Shown here in pieces: positions 30,483 to 39,369 of a stretch of DNA of 64,000 nt. Each line of letters opens with the position of its first letter. Position 1 is the stretch's first letter. Below the pieces are notes generated by a model, which saw nothing but the letters and a program-made list of their open reading frames with translations, was not told the DNA's origin and searched no databases. Origin of the DNA: a virus. A program made the position numbers and the translations under genes. The DNA is taken from IMG/VR virus record IMGVR_UViG_3300032223_002232, positions 64,001 through 128,000 of that record. One strand, 5' to 3'.

Positions 30483-30742
30483 GCTGGTATAACTTTTAGT
30501 ACACCATTTAATAAAACCTTTTTATACATTTTACCATCTTTTTTACTTTTAAATGGAAAATATGCTTTAATCATATTTTCTTCATCATGTGATAGAGCAG
30601 CACCATTATCTTTTGCTCTTTTTAAACGTTGCATATCACTATCAGATAAACCTGTAAATCTAAGAATTTCTTCTGGTGCTAAATTCCAATAATTTATATT
30701 TTCTTTTAATATTTTATTAAAAGTGATATCAAATTTAGTCAT
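30479..30742 (-). CDS. hypothetical late protein
   Basis: MTKFDITFNKILKE; TAAATA 5 nt upstream. Confidence 0.65.
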   Translation of the reverse strand: MTKFDITFNKILKENINYWNLAPEEILRFTGLSDSDMQRLKRAKDNGAALSHDEENMIKAYFPFKSKKDGKMYKKVLLNGVLKVIPA

Positions 30743-30750
30743 AGTATTAT

Positions 30751-31362
30751 TTACCCACAAGATTCTACCAGTTTAGCTTCCGATTCTCTTCTGGTTATTA
30801 AACCATCTAAACCTTTACCTTCCCAAATACGTTTCATGTCTCTTAGTTCTTTAGCAATTCCTTTATAGTCTTTTTTTGGAACCAAATCACGAATATTTCT
30901 CATCTCTGTACGACTATCCCCTACTAAAGATGTGCCTCTATTAAAGATAAGTGAAACTAAAGCACCATAAGCGTTGTCACAGAGCTTGTCAACGTCAGGA
31001 AATGCCCTTTCAGTAAGTCTTGCAAACTTAGGCCATGTTAAATTATCAAATATCTCTAATGCTTGTTCCCAAGTAACAATTATACCTTTATCTTTAATAG
31101 AATTAGTGTAATCTTTACCAGCTTGACCAGTTTTACCTGATGCATTTTTTACAAGTTCCAATTGTTTGCTTGGTAAAAAATGAAATAATTTAGATAATTC
31201 ATCTTGTGAGTAATAACCGCAATCAACGCCAATACCAAGAGTCATTCCACTAGCACCTTTAGGCCAAGTTGGTCCCTTTAAAAATTCATCATAATATGAT
31301 TTGCCACCGCCAACTTCATATTCAAGAATTAAATTTAATGCTTTTGTTGAAGGTGATTTCAT
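30751..31362 (-). CDS. endolysin, lysozyme-like (GH24/pesticin-type muramidase)
   Basis: LILEYEVGG, SGMTLGIGVDCG, GALVSLIFNRG, GLITRRESEAKL. Confidence 0.85.
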   Translation of the reverse strand: MKSPSTKALNLILEYEVGGGKSYYDEFLKGPTWPKGASGMTLGIGVDCGYYSQDELSKLFHFLPSKQLELVKNASGKTGQAGKDYTNSIKDKGIIVTWEQALEIFDNLTWPKFARLTERAFPDVDKLCDNAYGALVSLIFNRGTSLVGDSRTEMRNIRDLVPKKDYKGIAKELRDMKRIWEGKGLDGLITRRESEAKLVESCG

Positions 31363-31811
31363 AACTCAGTTATATTATAATCCTCTTCCTTTGCATTATT
31401 AGAAAGTAATTCTTCTTTAACATTTTCATTTTTAGTTTCATCTACGGATTCCGCTACTCCAGATACACTTGCATTAGAAGAACTATTATATCTTAAATCA
31501 ACAAGACCTTGTGCTCCTAAATAAACAGATATAACAAGAGCAATTTGCTCCATAATTTTTGTAAAAATTGTCGCATATGTGGTTATGACTATATCATGAT
31601 CTTTTGGTATAACAAAAAGAATACCAACTGCAATAAAAAACATAATAACTATAATGAATAAAGAAGTCATTATGATAAAGAACTTCTTTGAAGCCATATG
31701 ATTAGTATCCTCCATTTGTTTTTGTAAACGAGGAGATGTGTTTGGCGGTGCTTTACCATTGGTAAGAAAAGCACTCGCAGTTTGAGCTATATTGACAATA
31801 TTCTGCCACAT
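31359..31811 (-). CDS. holin candidate
   Basis: Two hydrophobic segments; overlaps the endolysin start. Confidence 0.55.
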   Translation of the reverse strand: MWQNIVNIAQTASAFLTNGKAPPNTSPRLQKQMEDTNHMASKKFFIIMTSLFIIVIMFFIAVGILFVIPKDHDIVITTYATIFTKIMEQIALVISVYLGAQGLVDLRYNSSSNASVSGVAESVDETKNENVKEELLSNNAKEEDYNITEL

Positions 31812-31827
31812 ATAGCTACTTATTAGT

Positions 31828-32031
31828 TTATACTAATGTACCAAGTATAAAACCAACAATAAAACTAACAATTGCAGCTGCTTTAATTGGGTTTTTAATT
31901 GACCATTGATATACAGCAGTAATAAAATTAGTTGCATCCTTTTCTATAATAGGAATTTCATGCTCAACTGCTGATAATGCAGTTGATAGTGTTGCCTTTG
32001 TCTGTGTTTCTAATGCTTGTATTGTTTCCAT
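31828..32031 (-). CDS. small C-tail-anchored membrane protein
   Basis: NPIKAAAIVSFIVGFILG C-terminal TM segment. Confidence 0.6.
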   Translation of the reverse strand: METIQALETQTKATLSTALSAVEHEIPIIEKDATNFITAVYQWSIKNPIKAAAIVSFIVGFILGTLV

Positions 32032-32033
32032 AA

Positions 32034-32624
32034 TTATAAAAAGAATAATCCGTTAGCTTTAGCGTAAAAATAAAGAGCAATTAATCCTAAAAGACCAACA
32101 ATAATAACATTTCTCCAAAGAATAGCCAAATCTTTCTTCACAAGAAGCTTTTCATCGGCATTTAACTTATCAAGTATTTTATTTTTATTATTTCTTTCAG
32201 TTGTAAGTTCATCAGTAACATTCTTTTTATCTTTTTCTATTTGTTGTGCATCCTTTGATATTTGATTTTTAATATCCCTATCTTTTAAAAGAGTTTGATA
32301 TTCTGTAGAACCAATTACGACTACCTTTGATCCGCTATATTGATTTGGAACAAGAACAACTTCTGATTTTGAACCTTTTTTTGAATTTTTTACAACATCA
32401 CCAGCTTCATATACTGCTGATATTTTTATTCTATGCTTTGGTTCTTTGACTAAACGTGTTGTTTGTTCAGTATAATAGTATGCAAGATCAACTCTACCTT
32501 TATTTACAGAGTCATTTGCCGCATAAACATTCTGACTAAGTGCCTCACTTTGCTTTTCAGTATAAACTGTGCATCCAGCTAAAAGAATCAAGCTGTAAAA
32601 AAGAATCAAAAATTTGAATTTCAT
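32034..32624 (-). CDS. lipoprotein with C-terminal TM segment (unimolecular spanin candidate)
   Basis: Lipobox LLAG-C at residue 18, coiled coil, C-terminal VIIVGLLGLIALYFYA. Confidence 0.6.
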   Translation of the reverse strand: MKFKFLILFYSLILLAGCTVYTEKQSEALSQNVYAANDSVNKGRVDLAYYYTEQTTRLVKEPKHRIKISAVYEAGDVVKNSKKGSKSEVVLVPNQYSGSKVVVIGSTEYQTLLKDRDIKNQISKDAQQIEKDKKNVTDELTTERNNKNKILDKLNADEKLLVKKDLAILWRNVIIVGLLGLIALYFYAKANGLFFL

Positions 32625-32636
32625 ACAAGTATTTAA

Positions 32637-32978
32637 TTACTTGGATGATTTGTCAATAGTCTTTTTTGTTTTTTCTACTGGAATCTCTTCTATTGAATAA
32701 TTCTCAATACGAGAATCTACTTTATTATCATTTTCATCAGAAAAATGTACATATTCACCAGTTGTCATGGGTTTATTTAAAGTGACCCATTGATTTACAA
32801 CTTTGCCACCATTGTAAAATGATATACGATAAGCAATTAATGGTTTTGGCGTTTCAACAACTACTGACTGTTGATTTTTTTTATTATGTTCAGTAAAATA
32901 CATCATCATTACAAACATAGGAACAATTACAAATGCAAATATCTGCAATATACCATTAAAAATATCTTTAGCACTCAT
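32637..32978 (-). CDS. membrane-anchored hypothetical protein
   Basis: N-terminal TM segment. Confidence 0.65.
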   Translation of the reverse strand: MSAKDIFNGILQIFAFVIVPMFVMMMYFTEHNKKNQQSVVVETPKPLIAYRISFYNGGKVVNQWVTLNKPMTTGEYVHFSDENDNKVDSRIENYSIEEIPVEKTKKTIDKSSK

Positions 32979-33298
32979 TTGTTATCGTCTATTTGTTTTT
33001 TAGCTTGCTGATAATTAATCTTTATATCTTTAATTGCTTGTTCTTTGTAAAGATCAAACTTGGTTTCAAACAAATAATAATCTGTAAAATCATGAAAATT
33101 AAATTTTGGTAATGGTTTTTCATGTGTTTTAACTTCTTTAACATTAAAAATATAATGATAACTTAAAAGAATACAAACAATAAAAATTCCAAATATTACT
33201 GTTTTAAATGCTCCTGCAATAACTCTTTCTATTAACCATATAGATAAAATTACAAGGAATGTTAAAATTATAATTTCAAGTGGATTATCAAAGTTCAT
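32975..33298 (-). CDS. membrane hypothetical protein
   Basis: Two N-terminal TM segments. Confidence 0.65.
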   Translation of the reverse strand: MNFDNPLEIIILTFLVILSIWLIERVIAGAFKTVIFGIFIVCILLSYHYIFNVKEVKTHEKPLPKFNFHDFTDYYLFETKFDLYKEQAIKDIKINYQQAKKQIDDNK

Positions 33299-33299
33299 A

Positions 33300-33935
33300 T
33301 TATGCTAAATTTCTGTTTATAAAAATTTCAATTTTAACAATAACTGCATTAAGTCTATGAAATCCTTTACTAATATTCCACCATAGATATCTCCAATTAT
33401 TAAAAGTAATTTTGTTCATAAAGACACGAAATCTATTATGTAATTTTTTTTTGTCAGACTCTATACGAGCTTCCCATTCATCATTTGTTTTTTTAATTTG
33501 TTTAGCTGTTTGTGATAAACGTATTTCAACTTTTTTTAATTTTCCTTGAAGGATACCATTTACAAACTTTCCAACAAATTCTGCCCAATACTCATTTCCG
33601 TCTTCATCAAAGATAGAGTCATAAAAATAAACATCACCAGTAAATTTTTCAAGTTTATATTTTCTAGATTTCTCCTTAAATTCATAAGGCCAACAAAACT
33701 TGCCTTGTTTCTTGATTTTCTTTTCTTCTTTTTCAGAAATTATACGAATATTTTCACCTTCAATAAAAAGACCATAAAGTTTACCGTTCTTTCTAATTAT
33801 ATATGTTGAAAGAGTGCAATCCAAATCTTTAGTTTGATATACAATATCTTTCCAATTAACTTTAGAAAACTTTACTTGCTCTTTCTTATTTAAAGGAAGA
33901 GGTAGTTCACATTTAATACTATCAAACATTCCCAT
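33300..33935 (-). CDS. conserved phage hypothetical protein
   Basis: MGMFDSIKCELPLP...YQTKDLDC pattern seen in many phages. Confidence 0.75.
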   Translation of the reverse strand: MGMFDSIKCELPLPLNKKEQVKFSKVNWKDIVYQTKDLDCTLSTYIIRKNGKLYGLFIEGENIRIISEKEEKKIKKQGKFCWPYEFKEKSRKYKLEKFTGDVYFYDSIFDEDGNEYWAEFVGKFVNGILQGKLKKVEIRLSQTAKQIKKTNDEWEARIESDKKKLHNRFRVFMNKITFNNWRYLWWNISKGFHRLNAVIVKIEIFINRNLA

Positions 33936-33936
33936 A

Positions 33937-34221
33937 TTATTTTATATTTTTATTTGTAAAATTAGGATCTGAAATATTGTACCAATTTGGATTTTCTGGT
34001 GATTTATAAAGAATATCTCCATCATGAGATGCTGTTACAACACTATTGTTTGCAGTTGGTAAAGGCAATTCATCTTTACTGTAACAGTTTAACGGAGCAA
34101 TGCCATATTTTGCATACGGATTACCCAATCCTTTTGGTTTATTTTGCTCCTCTAAAGCATTTGCAATTCTTAATAAGGAGGCTGCTATATCTTTTAAAGA
34201 TAAATCTATTTGTGTTATCAT
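33937..34221 (-). CDS. hypothetical protein
   Basis: Tightly packed ORF. Confidence 0.6.
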   Translation of the reverse strand: MITQIDLSLKDIAASLLRIANALEEQNKPKGLGNPYAKYGIAPLNCYSKDELPLPTANNSVVTASHDGDILYKSPENPNWYNISDPNFTNKNIK

Positions 34222-34233
34222 ATTTTTATATTA

Positions 34234-34461
34234 TCATTTTTGTTTTAAATGTCCACCAAAAAATTCATGAACAATTTTACATGCTTCTAAATACTTTTCA
34301 TCATAAGCAAGATCTTCATGCCATGTTGCAGGTACTTTAGAACCTTTTGATTTAATATCATCTTTAGTTTTCTTAATAGATTTTTTTAAGAATTTTATAG
34401 TTTCACTAAGAACATCTCTTGTTATAACATCAGCTGTTTCGCCGTCAATTTCGTATTTCAT
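34234..34461 (-). CDS. hypothetical protein
   Basis: MKYEIDGETADVIT...; alternative start at 34473. Confidence 0.6.
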   Translation of the reverse strand: MKYEIDGETADVITRDVLSETIKFLKKSIKKTKDDIKSKGSKVPATWHEDLAYDEKYLEACKIVHEFFGGHLKQK

Positions 34462-34763
34462 ATTTTTGTCCATGAATCGTTAACAGGGTATGATGATTCA
34501 TGAAAGCCCCATTGACCCCAAAATCCACTACCTTTAGTTTGATGATTATTGGAACCAAATTTAAAAAGATCAGTTTCAATCTTTTTTATAGGTTTGTGAT
34601 TAGGAATTACAATGGCACACTTACCAGTGGTGTTAACAATAACAGCTACGCCATCCATGTTTTCATATGAAGACATCTCTTCAATATGCTTGGCATAGAT
34701 CTCGGCTACATCTCTACCAATATGAATGACGTAACTGTTTTTAAATGCGGATATAGGAATCAT
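34458..34763 (-). CDS. hypothetical protein
   Basis: Overlaps both neighbours by 4 nt. Confidence 0.6.
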   Translation of the reverse strand: MIPISAFKNSYVIHIGRDVAEIYAKHIEEMSSYENMDGVAVIVNTTGKCAIVIPNHKPIKKIETDLFKFGSNNHQTKGSGFWGQWGFHESSYPVNDSWTKI

Positions 34764-35599
34764 AGATTTTTATAAATTTCATCATATGTTCCAATATTCA
34801 ATTTGTCAATCAATTTTTTCCTTCTCTTTTCTTGAGATACAAGATAGAAGTTTGGTAAACCAGTATCAATTGGTTCAGCATTACCATCTTCGTCAATTTC
34901 AAGAACTTGATTTAACCCACAATCAATGTTGGCATTAAGACCACCATTTTCATACCAACAACTAATTTTTCCCATCGTAGGAGTATGACCATAAACTTGT
35001 CTAAGTCCTCTGGAAACATGACCTTCTCTGAAATCATCACACCAGAGGATACCACCAACTTTTTGCATACCTCCACGACAACGACCAACCGCACCAATAG
35101 TTTCATTCCATGTACGGTTTAGATAATCATCAGTAGCTTTTGTGAGTTTATCAAGAATAGCATCATTACTCATACCTTTAATTGGATGTTCAAACCAATG
35201 AGGATGAATACCAGCATGAGTAAACCAGCAACCATTGCCAAAATGAGCAAATTTGATTTTATCCCAATCAGATTCAGTCATTATACGATTGATTGCATCA
35301 TCCTTCCTCATATCATAGCCAGAACAATTATAGATGTTCTGAGGGTGTCCTTGAGCGTCTGTGATGTAGTTCAAGTATGAGTAGTTGATATCATGATTAC
35401 CCATTAAATGTATACGATTAGGTTTATCAAGCGATTCTTTGAGCCATTGTGCAGTCTGTATAGCATCTTGTGCAGTATCTCCAAAATCATCAAAATAATC
35501 TCCTATAAATACCACAGTATGAGTCTTGGCATAAAGAGAAGCGATCTCTTCAGCTTCAACCCAATGGTTGTGAATGTCTCCTATGGCTATAATGTTCAT
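34760..35599 (-). CDS. calcineurin-like metallophosphoesterase
   Basis: GDIH, GDYFD, GNHD, THAG, GHT. Confidence 0.92.
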   Translation of the reverse strand: MNIIAIGDIHNHWVEAEEIASLYAKTHTVVFIGDYFDDFGDTAQDAIQTAQWLKESLDKPNRIHLMGNHDINYSYLNYITDAQGHPQNIYNCSGYDMRKDDAINRIMTESDWDKIKFAHFGNGCWFTHAGIHPHWFEHPIKGMSNDAILDKLTKATDDYLNRTWNETIGAVGRCRGGMQKVGGILWCDDFREGHVSRGLRQVYGHTPTMGKISCWYENGGLNANIDCGLNQVLEIDEDGNAEPIDTGLPNFYLVSQEKRRKKLIDKLNIGTYDEIYKNL

Positions 35600-35606
35600 G
35601 GTTAGG

Positions 35607-35635
35607 ATTATTGCAGATTTATTCTACCGTGTCAA
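35607..35635 (-). promoter_or_regulatory. sigma70-type promoter (leaderless) for phosphoesterase operon
   Basis: TTGACA-17nt-AATAAT, ATG 7 nt downstream. Confidence 0.7.
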
Positions 35636-35639
35636 CTTT

Positions 35640-35766
35640 GATTTACGGTAATTACAAGTAATTGCAATTACATATACAATATTAAATACAATAATATACA
35701 ATAATATTAAATATCTTAAAATAAAGCAGACATTAATATTTTACAAAACACATACAACAATGTCAA
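35640..35766 (-). other. non-coding AT-rich element with promoter, repeats and palindromes (origin candidate)
   Basis: TTGACA-17-TAAAAT at 35766-35738; three ATACAATA copies; palindrome GTAATTGCAATTAC. Confidence 0.45.
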
Positions 35767-35771
35767 GGGGT

Positions 35772-36251
35772 TTACTTCAACTTTTTTTTGTTATATGAAA
35801 TAAATTCCAAATCTTCACCACTTGGAATGAGGCAAGGTATGTCATTAAATGTACCTTTTATATTTTTAAATAGCCCTGTTTCTTCTGTTTCTACAAAATT
35901 GTTTAATCTATTTTTAAGAATAGTTCTTGCAATCTTTATAAATTTTTCTGGATCTTTGTAAAATGATTTCCAATCATTTAATTCTTCTTTTTTATGAAAA
36001 TAACATAATATTTTACAGTTATGCTTGCTCAATTTATCATTAATGATAATTAACGCATCTGTAACATACAATTGTAGATATTCTCTTATACGAGTAGACT
36101 TCTCAACTACAAAATTGTCCTTTGTAAGATTCCATTCAAAACAATGATCTACATAATCAGCAGCTAATTCTTCAATATAGTCAAAGATATCAAAGATAAA
36201 GATATTATCTTTTAAATAATAGATAAAATACTGTTTATTTTTTCTTATCAT
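35772..36251 (-). CDS. hypothetical protein
   Basis: 159 aa ORF. Confidence 0.7.
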   Translation of the reverse strand: MIRKNKQYFIYYLKDNIFIFDIFDYIEELAADYVDHCFEWNLTKDNFVVEKSTRIREYLQLYVTDALIIINDKLSKHNCKILCYFHKKEELNDWKSFYKDPEKFIKIARTILKNRLNNFVETEETGLFKNIKGTFNDIPCLIPSGEDLEFISYNKKKLK

Positions 36252-36777
36252 TGTTGCTGATTATAGCATCAACTAGAATCTCTTCAACAATTTCTTGTGG
36301 TAATGCTAAATTAGCATGTTTTACTGTTTCAGTAAGTTGTTTATATTGTTCTTGCAATCTTTCTCTAAGTTCAAAAGCTTTAATTGTTTGTTCTTTTGTT
36401 AAATTTGTGTATTTAGGCTTTGTTTGGAAATTAAAAGCCTCTAGTAAAGGTTGACTTGCATTTGATATGATTCCATACAACCTCTTATAAAAACGATTTA
36501 GAGGTGTCATATGAGTCATTTCCTGCTTATTGGTAACATTCTCATACAAATAATTTAAAACAGCAGATTTTTCAGTCTGCTCTTTGACACTTAAAAGATA
36601 TTCTGGACCTCTAACGTGAATTTTACCAAAAGGGTTAAATGGACAACCTGAACCTTGTACCTTTGAACCACAATAAATGCATTTATTAGGTGCATCGAAG
36701 TGAACATGGGTATTTGTAGGTGAAAAAATACACGGTCTTCCGTATGTGTTAGAATTGCAATAAATACAGTGACTCAT
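36235..36777 (-). CDS. protein with duplicated CxxC..C..H Zn-binding motif
   Basis: CIYC...C...HVH and CIYC...C...HVR. Confidence 0.7.
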   Translation of the reverse strand: MSHCIYCNSNTYGRPCIFSPTNTHVHFDAPNKCIYCGSKVQGSGCPFNPFGKIHVRGPEYLLSVKEQTEKSAVLNYLYENVTNKQEMTHMTPLNRFYKRLYGIISNASQPLLEAFNFQTKPKYTNLTKEQTIKAFELRERLQEQYKQLTETVKHANLALPQEIVEEILVDAIISNNDKKK

Positions 36778-36779
36778 AT

Positions 36780-37220
36780 CTATATAATTACCCCTTTACC
36801 CTTAAATTTCTCCATTTCTGCTTTAGGAGCCTTACCAATTCTACAATTTATAATGCCATTATGGTATTCATCTTTAAAAAGAACCTCTTTATCTATCTGT
36901 TCTTTGATTTCAAAGTAAGCCAATGCCCATTTTGAATCACATGTTCTTAAAATTTTAAAGATAAACTTGTCTTTACCATACTTTTTGATCTCTTCATTAA
37001 GATCATTTGAAGAACTAGTATAAGATTTCCAATCAGATTCTTTAAAATCTATTCTATTTCTAGTTTTACCCTTTAGAGGTTTTCTTTTAATTCTGGATTG
37101 GCATTGTTTTTTACCAATATATTTTTTATTGGTGACCGTATTGATTATCTCATAGATAAAACCAAAAGTTTCTTCTGTTATTTCAACAGATTCATTTAAA
37201 ATCCAATGACCAGTATCCAT
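36780..37220 (-). CDS. GIY-YIG endonuclease (T4-like stand-alone)
   Basis: GFIYEIINTVTNKKYIGKK, ESDWKSYTSS, YHNGII. Confidence 0.9.
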   Translation of the reverse strand: MDTGHWILNESVEITEETFGFIYEIINTVTNKKYIGKKQCQSRIKRKPLKGKTRNRIDFKESDWKSYTSSSNDLNEEIKKYGKDKFIFKILRTCDSKWALAYFEIKEQIDKEVLFKDEYHNGIINCRIGKAPKAEMEKFKGKGVII

Positions 37221-37483
37221 TACATTCCTATTTTATTTCTTTTAATTACTCCAAAAATAGATTTAGGTAATTTATTTTGTTTTTCTACTGGAAAATAAGG
37301 TTTTGTTTTTTTCTTTTTTGGTTTCTGTGTAATTTTACCACCAACTGTCATGCCATACACTGAATTTTTGGTCATTGCAGCTGCTTCTGTACCAGCAGGA
37401 GCAGCACCTTGAACTGGTGCATCTACTACTTGTCCAAAATCTTCTATTATTTGTGAATATTTTTGTTGAAATTTGTAAAACAT
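37220..37483 (-). CDS. hypothetical late protein
   Basis: 87 aa, basic C-terminus. Confidence 0.6.
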   Translation of the reverse strand: MFYKFQQKYSQIIEDFGQVVDAPVQGAAPAGTEAAAMTKNSVYGMTVGGKITQKPKKKKTKPYFPVEKQNKLPKSIFGVIKRNKIGM

Positions 37484-37513
37484 GTTATATAATTTACCTT
37501 ACATTATATACTT

Positions 37514-37912
37514 ATGGATTTATTGTCTAAATATAACGAAGAAATTGTTGAAGATGCAAAAATCGATCAACTTAATATTCTTGAAAAACAACTCATGCTT
37601 CCAGCAATAAAGCACAAGTGGGTTGCTCGTTTAATTGAACAGAAAAGAAATAAAATAATGTTAGAAAGAAAAAAGAAAGAACTTAAAGAACAAGTTCTAT
37701 CAAAAATAACAGCTGAAGGAATTCCAACAGGTATCCCACAAGCTGCTATAAACAGAAAAGTAGAATCTTCTGAGATAATCAGAAAGATTGATGAAGATCT
37801 AAAGGACGTAGATCTTGTAATTGAATATCTAGAAAAAGTTGAAAAGATATTCAGTTCCATTACCTTTGATATAGGTAATGCCACCAAATTAATGGTGTTG
37901 GAAACAACATAA
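37514..37912 (+). CDS. uvsY: recombination mediator
   Basis: 132 aa coiled coil (EDAKIDQLN...PAIKHKW) directly upstream of uvsW. Confidence 0.75.
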   Translation: MDLLSKYNEEIVEDAKIDQLNILEKQLMLPAIKHKWVARLIEQKRNKIMLERKKKELKEQVLSKITAEGIPTGIPQAAINRKVESSEIIRKIDEDLKDVDLVIEYLEKVEKIFSSITFDIGNATKLMVLETT

Positions 37913-39369
37913 TGATCAACATAAATCTTGTTAACAATAAACAGGCACAAATAACAACAGACATTGGAACCCTAAATTTAATTAGGGAGAAATTTTCCAT
38001 AGCAAATCCAGCTTTTCGTAAAAATAATCGTTTTGCGCCAGCAAGACTTTATGCCATCAGTCCTTTAGGTAAATTTGATATCGGTTTACTTGAAAATATC
38101 AAAGCATACCTTGATTCTGAACAATCATTTTACAAAGTTGATAGTAATTTAGAAAATAAATTTAAAAATGGGTTTGATGATCCAATTATTAAAAAATATT
38201 GTATGATATACAGAGATCATCAAGACAAATCTATAAGAAAAGCTATAGAAAAGGGTAGAGGGGTTATTATTATTCCTACAGCTGGTGGTAAAACTCTTAT
38301 CATGGCAGGTATTATAGAAAGTTTAAGACTTAATATAAACAAACCAAAGGCAAAAGCTTTGGTTATTGTTCCATCTTTACAGCTTGTAACTCAAACCTCA
38401 AAAGATTTTGAAGAATATGGTATGTCTGATGTCACAAAATGGTCTGGTGATAATATACCTAATGCTGAAGCTACAACTATTGTTGCTGGTACACAAATAC
38501 TTTTAAGTAATAAGACAGATTTATCACTTTTAGATGATATTGACATACTTCTTATTGATGAAACTCATGGATTAAGACGAGGAAACGAAATCAATAAAGT
38601 TTTAGGTCTTATAAAAACTGATTACAGGTTTGGGTTTACTGGAACCATGCCACCATCTTTGATTGATCAATGGAATATCATTGGAAAAATTGGTCCAGTT
38701 CTTTACGAAGAAAAAACAAAAGATCTTGAACTTAAAAATTATGTTTCAAGTTTTAAAATCACAATCATAAATGTTAATCATAGAAATATTCCAAAATTTG
38801 GAGCTAATACCATTAGACCTACCGAAGCCTATGAAAACGAATTAGCATATTTGATGAATGATGTCAGAAGAAACGAAATTATAGCAAAGCTTGCAATTAA
38901 ATTAAACAATAATACTGTTATCATGGTAGATAGAATTGATCATGGTATTGAATTAGAACAAAAATTAAGATCTTTACAGATAACAGAAGATCCAAATCTT
39001 TCAAAATCTGTTTATAATCCGCCAAGACCAGTTTTTTTTATTAGAGGATCGACTGAAGTAGACGAAAGAGAAAAAATTAGAGAATTAATGAATGAACGCA
39101 ATGATGTTATTGTCATAGCGGTATCTAAAATTTTTAGTACAGGTATTAACATACCTAATCTTCACAATATAATATTTGCATCAGCAGGTAAAGCAAAGAT
39201 TAAAATCATGCAATCTATTGGTAGAGCTTTACGTTTGCATCATACAAAAACAATGGCAAATATTTTTGACATTTCTGATAATACAAAGTATGGCAAAACA
39301 CATTTAGCAGAAAGAATTAAACTTTATGAAACAGAAAAATACAACTACGAAAAAAAAGAAATTCAATGA
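37912..39369 (+). CDS. uvsW: SF2 DNA helicase
   Basis: PTAGGKT, IDETH, GFTGT, FSTGINIPNLHNIIFA, QSIGRALR. Confidence 0.95.
   Translation: MININLVNNKQAQITTDIGTLNLIREKFSIANPAFRKNNRFAPARLYAISPLGKFDIGLLENIKAYLDSEQSFYKVDSNLENKFKNGFDDPIIKKYCMIYRDHQDKSIRKAIEKGRGVIIIPTAGGKTLIMAGIIESLRLNINKPKAKALVIVPSLQLVTQTSKDFEEYGMSDVTKWSGDNIPNAEATTIVAGTQILLSNKTDLSLLDDIDILLIDETHGLRRGNEINKVLGLIKTDYRFGFTGTMPPSLIDQWNIIGKIGPVLYEEKTKDLELKNYVSSFKITIINVNHRNIPKFGANTIRPTEAYENELAYLMNDVRRNEIIAKLAIKLNNNTVIMVDRIDHGIELEQKLRSLQITEDPNLSKSVYNPPRPVFFIRGSTEVDEREKIRELMNERNDVIVIAVSKIFSTGINIPNLHNIIFASAGKAKIKIMQSIGRALRLHHTKTMANIFDISDNTKYGKTHLAERIKLYETEKYNYEKKEIQ

Noticed and set aside
35772-36251. Degenerate T4 RNase H
   Set aside because: Only a faint resemblance; too short and lacks the acidic catalytic cluster
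36780-37220. Mobile homing endonuclease
   Set aside because: Short catalytic-domain-only protein without DNA-binding repeats; looks like a resident T4-like nuclease
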